DNA from: Promethearchaeota archaeon
GTDB lineage: Archaea; Asgardarchaeota; Thorarchaeia; Thorarchaeales; Thorarchaeaceae
Assembly (NCBI GenBank): GCA_048939765.1
Contig: JBHLPF010000023.1
Location: 1-19,134 of the forward strand
Reading direction: 5' to 3'
Length of the DNA stretch: 19,134 bases
In this document: positions 8,715 through 16,194 of the stretch, one piece after another
How positions within the stretch are numbered: position 1 is the stretch's first letter
How the letters are laid out: the number at the start of each line of letters is the position of its first letter
Notes under the pieces: model-generated
What the model saw: the letters and a program-made list of their open reading frames with translations, nothing else
The model's database searches: none
What the model was told of the DNA's origin: nothing
Program-made: the position numbers and the translations under genes

Positions 8715-8801
8715 TCTTCTTCCTCCTTGCACCGACTTCCTGGTTTGAAGAGTCTGCCAAAGGGTTCTAAATACGTAGCGTTTTGCAGTGTCAATTTGTC
8801 C

Positions 8802-8816
8802 AAAAGGTCTTTATGA
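8802..8816 (+). promoter_or_regulatory. Putative BRE/TATA promoter (AAAAGGTC-TTTATGA) for the MFS-ThDP operon
   Basis: Purine-rich BRE-like run followed by TTTAT, about 60 nt upstream of ATG 8875, in a divergent intergenic region. Confidence 0.35.
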
Positions 8817-8874
8817 TGGATAAAAACCTACGAAGTTTCAGCCCCAGAAGGGCGAGAGAGAGTGATATGAGATT

Positions 8875-10119
8875 ATGACGCAGGATAGCTATAGCAGAAA
8901 GGAGAAAGTACTAGTATTCATTGCCTGTGCCCTAGGATGGGCATTTGATGCAGTAGGACTTACTCTCATTAACTTTGTAGCTCCAGAGATTATGGCAACT
9001 TGGGGCGTTGATGAAGCTGCAGTTGGTTTTGTATTCTCAGCGCAGTACGTTGCCACTGTTCCCGGAGCAATATTGTTTGGAAATCTGGCAGATCGATATG
9101 GTAGGAAGAACTTGCTGCTGTTTTCGGTCCTTTGGGATGCAATACTCACGTCGTTGACAGCAATTGCACCCAGCTTCGAGGTACTCGCCATTCTGCGTAT
9201 TCTGTCCGGTATGGGCGTTTCATGGGGCATTGCCTATGCACTACTTGGAGAGGTGTTCTCGCCCAAGCGAAGAGGATTCTTTGGTGGTCTGATGCATTCG
9301 ATGTTTCTACTTGGATACATCCTGTCTGCGGTCGCAGCGATTACAATTGCACCTGTTTATGGATGGCAAAACACATTCTTGGTTGCATTAATCGCGATCC
9401 CAGTTATTCTGCTGCTTTACCTTGCAATGCCTGAATCGATGCTCTGGCAACGGCTAGGCGAGGAAGAGAGAGAGGCAGACGTTCCACTAAGAACGGGTAT
9501 CAGTCAGGTCTTTAGACAAGGACTGGGCAAACTATTGGTGCTAGCTGTCGTGCTGTTCTGGGCTGCCGAGTTTGCATATCATGCGATTGTGGATTGGGGA
9601 CCCACCTTTTTGGAGGTTGAACTATCATATGGTGCCTCCGAAGCAGATACCATTGTCCTTCTGATATCTCTAGTAGCTATGCTGATCTTGCCGGCGTTTG
9701 GATTGTTGAGTGATAAGGTTGGAAGGCGATTGAGCTTCGTGCTCTCAGCTGTCGTTGGTCTCATTGCGACTATAATGCTAGGAGTATTCGCTATACTCAT
9801 CCCAGAGCGAAACCTAGCAGTTGCAGCTCTATTCATCATCCCGGCTGGTTTTGGTAGTCATGCATTGTTCGGAGTATGGGCTTCTGAGATGTTTCCGACT
9901 GAGTCCAGAGCAGCTGCGACATCTGTCATATTCAGTCTTGCGAGAGGACTATCCTTTGGCGGCTGGTTCGTTGGAATCCTTGCAACAATGGTCGGTCTCT
10001 CCTATGGTATGATGTTGGCAATCATAGGATTTGTGCTAATGGTGGGCCTTCCATTCACTCTGCCGGAAACTGCTGGAATTGATATGGGTCGGGTCGAAGA
10101 GGAGGTATTGACCCAGTGA
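8875..10119 (+). CDS. MFS transporter (organic acid/aromatic acid/sugar:H+ symporter-like)
   Basis: About 12 TM segments, GWAFDA, motif A GNLADRYGRK and GLLSDKVGRR, E..SPKRRG, SEMFPTESRA and LPET. Confidence 0.92.
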   Translation: MTQDSYSRKEKVLVFIACALGWAFDAVGLTLINFVAPEIMATWGVDEAAVGFVFSAQYVATVPGAILFGNLADRYGRKNLLLFSVLWDAILTSLTAIAPSFEVLAILRILSGMGVSWGIAYALLGEVFSPKRRGFFGGLMHSMFLLGYILSAVAAITIAPVYGWQNTFLVALIAIPVILLLYLAMPESMLWQRLGEEEREADVPLRTGISQVFRQGLGKLLVLAVVLFWAAEFAYHAIVDWGPTFLEVELSYGASEADTIVLLISLVAMLILPAFGLLSDKVGRRLSFVLSAVVGLIATIMLGVFAILIPERNLAVAALFIIPAGFGSHALFGVWASEMFPTESRAAATSVIFSLARGLSFGGWFVGILATMVGLSYGMMLAIIGFVLMVGLPFTLPETAGIDMGRVEEEVLTQ

Positions 10120-11801
10120 CTGAGCCAACTGGCGCTCAGGTCGCTGCAAGAGCAATTATAGCAGAGAAAGTCAATACAGTATTCACCCTGGCAGACGCAT
10201 CTATCCTCTCAATCCTCGATGAGCTCATCGACAAAGGAGTGAAGGTGGTAGCTGTCAGACATGAACAGGCCGCAGGGAATGCGGCGGACGGCTGGGGAAG
10301 GGTCACACGCACTCCGGGCGTCTGTTTTGTCCCAATGGGGCCGGGTCTCGTAAATCTCCTGCCATCTCTGGTGCAAGCGTATCAAGCTGGAAGCCCGATG
10401 GTCGCGATCACCTCGGCCGCGCCTGTGGATATGTCAGAGATGGATGCCTTCGAGGACATTGATGCGGTGAAGATGGTGGAGCCGTTCACCAAATGGGCTG
10501 CTCGATGTAGAAAGCCGAAGCAGGTGGGGAAATATGTTCGAATGGCATTCTCTGAAGCCATGTCTGGAAAAAAAGGGCCTGTAGTCTTGGAGATTCCAAA
10601 GGACATACAGTCGAGTACCTGTGCTGACATAGATTTCACACCTGATTCATTCCGACCCACAGGAAGAACTACAGGAGACCCTGAAAGCATAAAGAAAGCA
10701 GTAGAGCTGCTCGCAGGTGCAGAGCGCCCAGTGATTCTGGCTGGTAGTGGAGTCTATTGGTCCGGAGCTGCAAAGGAGCTAGTGAATCTCGCTGAGATGA
10801 TGAACATCCCTGTAGCCTGCGAGTTTCTTGCTCTTGGATGCATTCCGCAAAGTCATGACCTGTTCATTGGCAATGCAGTAGCACAGGCAAACCTATTCCT
10901 GAGCCAAGCAGATGTGATGCTCACAATTGGAGCAAGATTTGACAGCTTCCTTGGCTTTGGCACTGACCCAGCTATTTACGCAGAAGATGTCAAGGTAATC
11001 CATGTTGATATCGACTCATCTGTCATCGGGAAGAACAGACCGGTTGAAGTGGGAATCGTGGGAGACGCTCAGGCGGTTATGCGTTCAATGCTTGATTACG
11101 CCAAGGCATCCAAGATTGAGAGACCCGATACAGCATTCGCCAGTCAGGTCAGAGCGGGGTACCAGATGATTGCCGAAGGCTTCGATGAGGAAGCAGACCC
11201 GGTGGAAGTGCCGATCAGACCAGATCGACTTATGCGGGAACTTCGAGAGTTCGCGAGTCCGGAGAGCATGTTCATCATAGATGGGGGAGACACAACTGCT
11301 TGGGCATTTCTCTATTTGAGAGCAGAGTATCCTGGACAGATCATTGGAGCACAAGGTCCCCTCGGTCATTTGGGAGCCGGACTGCCAATCGGATTGGCTG
11401 CAAAGACTGCTCACCCTGAGAGAGATGTGTTCATTGTCAGCGGAGATGGTACGTTCTTCTTCAATGGTGTAGAGCTGGAAACTGCTGTTCGACAGGACAT
11501 CCCAGTGGTCGTTGTAGTATGCAATGACTGTGCGTGGGGCCTTGTATATCATACAAGACGCATCAAAACAGGATCAGAAGAACTAGCATGTCGTGGAACC
11601 ATCATCAATGAGGATGTGAAACTCGATAAGTTCGCAGAGAGCCTAGGCGCATATGGAGAAACAGTGGCCAAGACCGAAGACATCAAACCAGCGCTTCAAC
11701 GAGCCCTGGATTCTGGGAAGCCTGCAGTGATAGATGTCAGGGTCTCTCGCGAGTATGAGAGTATACTCAGCCAGGTACTAGCTGCAACGCCAGAGGGCTG
11801 A
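10116..11801 (+). CDS. Thiamine-diphosphate-dependent enzyme, acetolactate synthase-like superfamily (2-hydroxyacyl-CoA lyase/benzaldehyde lyase-like branch)
   Basis: RHEQAAGNAADGW (catalytic Glu), GPG..N, GPVVLEIPKD, RPVILAGSG and the ThDP/Mg motif GDG...ND. The GTGA overlap with the MFS stop indicates translational coupling. Confidence 0.85.
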   Translation: MTEPTGAQVAARAIIAEKVNTVFTLADASILSILDELIDKGVKVVAVRHEQAAGNAADGWGRVTRTPGVCFVPMGPGLVNLLPSLVQAYQAGSPMVAITSAAPVDMSEMDAFEDIDAVKMVEPFTKWAARCRKPKQVGKYVRMAFSEAMSGKKGPVVLEIPKDIQSSTCADIDFTPDSFRPTGRTTGDPESIKKAVELLAGAERPVILAGSGVYWSGAAKELVNLAEMMNIPVACEFLALGCIPQSHDLFIGNAVAQANLFLSQADVMLTIGARFDSFLGFGTDPAIYAEDVKVIHVDIDSSVIGKNRPVEVGIVGDAQAVMRSMLDYAKASKIERPDTAFASQVRAGYQMIAEGFDEEADPVEVPIRPDRLMRELREFASPESMFIIDGGDTTAWAFLYLRAEYPGQIIGAQGPLGHLGAGLPIGLAAKTAHPERDVFIVSGDGTFFFNGVELETAVRQDIPVVVVVCNDCAWGLVYHTRRIKTGSEELACRGTIINEDVKLDKFAESLGAYGETVAKTEDIKPALQRALDSGKPAVIDVRVSREYESILSQVLAATPEG

Positions 11802-11803
11802 TG

Positions 11804-12745
11804 TCAGCCCTCTCGTCTTCGGATGACCGCAAGGAGCTTCTCAATCCTCTCGATGCGTAGATCCTCTGGAGACCTACCTCCATAGTCATAGACGCCTTTG
11901 CCGCTCTTAGTCCCGAGGTCTCCTGCCTCGACCTTCTCCTGCAGCCAGGCAGGAGGACGGAAACGCTCGTCCTCGAGGACGAATGCAAGATAATTCGCGG
12001 CCATGTTGATCACATCCAGTCCTATGTGATCGATATTCCCGAAGGGGCCAAACTGTAGGAATATGTAGCCCATGTGCTCCTTCCATGCCCGGTCAATGTC
12101 TTCAAAGGATGCAATTCCATCTTGCACCATCTTTGCGGCTTCAACCAGAACGGCGGCAGCCATTCTGTTGACAAGGAATCCAGGCGCGTCTCCACAAGTG
12201 ACCGTTCGTTTCCCGCAAGTGTCTTCTAGAAAACTCCTGACTCTCTTGACAACATCATCAGATGTCTTTGGTCCAGGAATGATCTCAACGAGGGGAAGAA
12301 CAAAAGGCGGATTCATCCAATGAGCACCGATGAAACGTTCGGGCCTATTGATACCCTCTGCAATGTCAGCAACTTGAATCACAGATGTTGTTGTGGAGAG
12401 AATTACATCATCTGAGCAAACAGCTTCGGCACCACTCAATACCTTCTGTTTAAGCTCAACATCTTCCGGGACGGCTTCAATGATGAAGTCGATATCCGAG
12501 GGCGCCTTCGAGATGTCAGTTTCAGTCTGAATCCTATCAAGGACAGTTCCAATTGATCCCGCTTCTACCAAACCATGCTGAGCAAGGAACTTGAGATTGG
12601 CATCAACGTGCGTCTTTGCACTCGACAACACTGTTTCGTCTATATCAACAATGGTCACGTCACATCCAGATTGCGCAAAGACTTGAGCAATACTATGGCC
12701 CATAGCGCCTCCACCTATAACTAGGGTTTCCTTGATTTCTTTCAA
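11804..12745 (-). CDS. 3-hydroxyacyl-CoA dehydrogenase family protein
   Basis: VIGGGAMGHSIA, EAVPEDVELK, HWMNPP..LPLVE, PGFLVNR, GPF..D.IGLD and GDLGTKSGKGVYDY. Likely TTG start at 12745 with GGAGG/GGAG upstream. Confidence 0.88.
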   Translation of the reverse strand: MKEIKETLVIGGGAMGHSIAQVFAQSGCDVTIVDIDETVLSSAKTHVDANLKFLAQHGLVEAGSIGTVLDRIQTETDISKAPSDIDFIIEAVPEDVELKQKVLSGAEAVCSDDVILSTTTSVIQVADIAEGINRPERFIGAHWMNPPFVLPLVEIIPGPKTSDDVVKRVRSFLEDTCGKRTVTCGDAPGFLVNRMAAAVLVEAAKMVQDGIASFEDIDRAWKEHMGYIFLQFGPFGNIDHIGLDVINMAANYLAFVLEDERFRPPAWLQEKVEAGDLGTKSGKGVYDYGGRSPEDLRIERIEKLLAVIRRREG

Positions 12746-12758
12746 TCTCCAATTCCTC

Positions 12759-13751
12759 CTAGTATGATCCGTACATGTCACGATTATTCCTGACCTCATC
12801 AACGAAATGTGCGGCTAGCTTCTCCACATCATCAATTCTCAGCTTCCATCCAATCTCCTCAATCTCCCGATAGACGGTCTCTTGACCCTGTCGCACCAGC
12901 ATTGTTGTGAGCAGAGTCCAAGTTCCAGCAACCTCTTCAACTGTCGCGTCTTCTTGGTATCGCACATCTGCATCGGGGACCAGCTTCTTGACCTGACTGA
13001 CGAACTCATCGATGGCTACTGGCACTCCTCCAGACATGAGAATCCTTTTGTCCACGCTATCGGCTTTCCATAGCGCTAAGAGCAAATTCGTGGCATCCTC
13101 AACATGTATTATTGGAAGGACCGTATAGTCTGGGACCAAAATGATTCCAGGCTTTTCCAGGACTACTTCTTCAACGAACTTTGAGAATGATACTGTCGCT
13201 CCTTTGCCTCGTCTCCCAGGCCCAATCACAACAGCCAATCGGACACATCTGAAATCTAAACCATGTGTATGATGATAGAATGTGCCCAAGACCTCTCCGC
13301 AGACCTTACTCGCACCGTAGAAGCTGGCAGGTTCCCTATATGTCGTTTCACGAAATGGGAATGGAGAGTTAGGTCCAAACGCAGCAAGACTACTAAGGAA
13401 AACAATCTTGTCAACTCCCCTTACTCTGCACGCCTCAAGAATATTGAAGGTTCCATCAATATTGACATTATAGGCGGTTCTCAGTTCAGTCGCAGCCGCA
13501 ACTGAGAGCATTGCAGCAGTATGAATGACTGATCCAATGTTGTATTCATCTATTGCATCCACAACAGCGTTGTAGTCAGCAACATCGCCTTTGACAACTT
13601 TGACTTGATCCTTGATATCTATGATACCATTTGGATTCGGATAGAGATCAAAGAGAACGACCTCTTGCCCTTCGCGGACGAGTTTACGAGCCAAATGGGA
13701 CCCTATGAACCCTGTGCCTCCAGTAATCAGAACGGATTTGCCGTGGGACAT
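12759..13751 (-). CDS. Extended SDR / NAD-dependent epimerase-dehydratase, similar to GalE-like L-threonine 3-dehydrogenases
   Basis: TGGTGFIG, HTAAMLS, VNIDGTFNILE, SSLAAFGP and YGASK..E.LG..YHHTHGLDFRCVR, which closely follow the SDR-type TDH pattern. The substrate is not proven. Confidence 0.8.
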   Translation of the reverse strand: MSHGKSVLITGGTGFIGSHLARKLVREGQEVVLFDLYPNPNGIIDIKDQVKVVKGDVADYNAVVDAIDEYNIGSVIHTAAMLSVAAATELRTAYNVNIDGTFNILEACRVRGVDKIVFLSSLAAFGPNSPFPFRETTYREPASFYGASKVCGEVLGTFYHHTHGLDFRCVRLAVVIGPGRRGKGATVSFSKFVEEVVLEKPGIILVPDYTVLPIIHVEDATNLLLALWKADSVDKRILMSGGVPVAIDEFVSQVKKLVPDADVRYQEDATVEEVAGTWTLLTTMLVRQGQETVYREIEEIGWKLRIDDVEKLAAHFVDEVRNNRDMYGSY

Positions 13752-13939
13752 TGAAGCGACACCTTCCGTTTGAGTGCCGTTGCGGGATAAAAGAGTTGCC
13801 GGATAGCGGTGGAGTTGACCTCACAAAATCCTAGATGCTCAACCGATGATTATAACAACATCATGCTTCATAATGATTGTGACAGATACCTTCTTGAGGA
13901 ATCCATACTCGCGTGAATGTAACTCGGAGTGTTTTATTA

Positions 13940-16030
13940 ATGGACGAAACTGAGAGCCAATATCTCACATTATTTGAGAACTCTCCAGTTTCGCTATGGG
14001 AGGAGGATTTCTCCAAGGTCAAAACGTATCTCGACGAGCTGAGTACTTCTGGTGTGAGGGACTTCAAGTCCTACTTTCAGAAGAACTTGGATGCTGTCCT
14101 CAAATGTGCAGAACTCGTGGAGATTGTTAGGGTAAACCGAGCGACTTTGATACTCCAAGGCGTGGAAGATGAGAGCGTGTTACTTGGCAGTCTGCGTAAG
14201 ATTCTGGTGGAAGATGCCTATGATCTCTTTCGAAACGAACTTGTAGCCCTCGCTGAAGGGGAAACCAAGTTTAGACAAACAGTGGAGCTTGAAACAGTCA
14301 GCGGAGATATCAGACATATCTTGCTCAGTCTATCTGTTCCTGATGAGAGTAAAGCATCATTGAATAGAGTTCTTGTGTCAATGATGGACATAACGGAATC
14401 CACTAAGGCAAGAAAGGCATTTGAGAATGAAAGAATGGCCTTCCAACTGATTGCTGAAGCCGCGCTGGAACAGACCTACACACAAGCTACTAGTCATAGA
14501 ATCATATCTGGATTGGTGGAGATTCTGGGATACGACCTTGGGACGATTAGACTATATGACGAAGTGAATCAGGTACTGAAATTACATGCCGTTGTCGGCA
14601 TCCCAGCAGGAGCACGCAGTGAAGTGCCGCTCGATGATGAGGAGTATCTCGCTGCGTATGTTGCTCGAACAAAGAAACCAATCTTTGAATCGGACATTCA
14701 GAGTAGCTCAACTCTGCAGGCTCGGAGGGATGTCCTAGATCAAATGGGGATTCAGGCCATAATATTCTGGCCGTTACTCGGACCCAATGAAGAAATCCTG
14801 GGCGTCCTAAATATCGCAGCCAGAAAGAAGAAGGATCTAGCAGAGCAAGACAGAACCTTGTTCCAAACGATGGCAGGGATGATTTCCACAGTCCTGGTAA
14901 GGCATAGGGCTCAGGATGATCTACGTTCAAACGAAGAGAGACTGCGTTTGTTGGCAGAAAGTGCGAAGGACGTTATATGGACAACAGACCTGAATCTCAA
15001 AGTGACATATATGAGCCCAGCAAGTGAAACCGTACTTGGATACAAACCTGAGGAGCTTATAGGCAAAAGCGTCACCTCAATAATGCCCAAAGAAACAATT
15101 AAGATAACTCAGGCGCTTCTGGCGGAAACGATTAAGCTTGAAGAGGAAGTGGGAAGAGAAGGTTATGATGCACCACCGCTTGAGCTTGAATTCCTTCATA
15201 AGGACGGGTCAAGATTCTGGACTGAAATTTCGCGGGCGTTCCTACGGAATGACAAAGATAAGCCAATTGGCATACTAGGCATAGCTCGCGATATCACGGA
15301 AAGGAAGAAGACGGAGCGCCAGCTAGAGGAAGCTGTGGCAACAGCGGCGTTCTATAATGACCTGATGGCACACGATATATCCAATCTCCAACAGGGAATC
15401 ATGTCAAGCATGGAACTCATGCTTGATAGTGGCAGCCTTTCTGAGGAACTGGAATCTCTGGCAAAGTCAGCTCTTGCACAGACTCAGAGAGGAGCGAAAC
15501 TGGTGACTAATGTCAAAAAGCTGGCTGCTCTCGGAGAGAAAACCGAGCTGGTCACAATAGATCCGTTTCTTGCACTCACAGAAGCAATGAATATGGTCAA
15601 GGATTCATACCCCTCATTGAACATCAAGATCAACACCAACTTCAGTGCGGAGCAATACTCAGTAATGGCGGACGAGTTTTTGGTGGACGTGTTCTATAAT
15701 CTCCTTCATAATGCTGCTAGAATGGACAAGAATGATGTAGTAGTCATAGATGTCATTGTAGACGAGAAGAAGGATGAGAAATTCCTGGCCATCAGAGTGC
15801 AAGACCGGGGGCCAGGCATAAATGACACTCTGAAGAAAGCAATTCTTGCCCGGTTCGGAGACAAGGAAAGGCGCGGAAGTGGATTAGGCCTTACACTTGT
15901 CAGACGGATTATTCACCGCTATGGTGGAAGAATATGGGTTGAGGACCGTGTTGCGGGCGATTATCAGCAGGGCGCAAGCATGGTCATAATGGTTCCAAAA
16001 GAAACTGGCAAAGACCATAGCAAAAAGTGA
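13940..16030 (+). CDS. Cytoplasmic PAS-GAF-PAS sensor histidine kinase
   Basis: PAS start LFENSPVSLWEEDFS, a GAF domain (GTIRLYD...PLL...LGVLNI), a second PAS/PAC (LGYKPEELIGK...GIARDITERKK), H-box AHDISN, N-box NLLHNA, DRGPGI and GSGLGL. No TM segment. Start is ATG 13940 or GTG 13913. Confidence 0.93.
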   Translation: MDETESQYLTLFENSPVSLWEEDFSKVKTYLDELSTSGVRDFKSYFQKNLDAVLKCAELVEIVRVNRATLILQGVEDESVLLGSLRKILVEDAYDLFRNELVALAEGETKFRQTVELETVSGDIRHILLSLSVPDESKASLNRVLVSMMDITESTKARKAFENERMAFQLIAEAALEQTYTQATSHRIISGLVEILGYDLGTIRLYDEVNQVLKLHAVVGIPAGARSEVPLDDEEYLAAYVARTKKPIFESDIQSSSTLQARRDVLDQMGIQAIIFWPLLGPNEEILGVLNIAARKKKDLAEQDRTLFQTMAGMISTVLVRHRAQDDLRSNEERLRLLAESAKDVIWTTDLNLKVTYMSPASETVLGYKPEELIGKSVTSIMPKETIKITQALLAETIKLEEEVGREGYDAPPLELEFLHKDGSRFWTEISRAFLRNDKDKPIGILGIARDITERKKTERQLEEAVATAAFYNDLMAHDISNLQQGIMSSMELMLDSGSLSEELESLAKSALAQTQRGAKLVTNVKKLAALGEKTELVTIDPFLALTEAMNMVKDSYPSLNIKINTNFSAEQYSVMADEFLVDVFYNLLHNAARMDKNDVVVIDVIVDEKKDEKFLAIRVQDRGPGINDTLKKAILARFGDKERRGSGLGLTLVRRIIHRYGGRIWVEDRVAGDYQQGASMVIMVPKETGKDHSKK

Positions 16031-16083
16031 GCAGATTCTCTCTTGTTTGGACATGTTTATTGGGTATTCTAATGACCTTTTCA
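16025..16083 (+). repeat. Copy A of a ~58-nt imperfect direct repeat
   Basis: AAGTGAgcagaTTCTCTCTTGTttggacatgTTTATTgggtATTCtaATGACcTTTTCA aligns with 18403-18459 at 45/59 positions with one 2-nt gap (hand alignment). Confidence 0.75.
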
Positions 16084-16194
16084 TGAGCATCCTTGAGATA
16101 GACATTGAAAACAGCAGGAGCATGGAAGTTCACAAGATTCAATATTGGCCGCACCTATAGTTTATGGCATCACACTATAGAACGAGGAGATAAG

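Noticed and set aside
1273-16030. Selenocysteine or pyrrolysine read-through at TGA/TAG stops
   Set aside because: The recognisable proteins appear complete at their stops. Read-through hits another stop quickly (e.g. TGA TAG at 4387-4392) or runs into a convergent gene, and I saw no SECIS-like hairpin.
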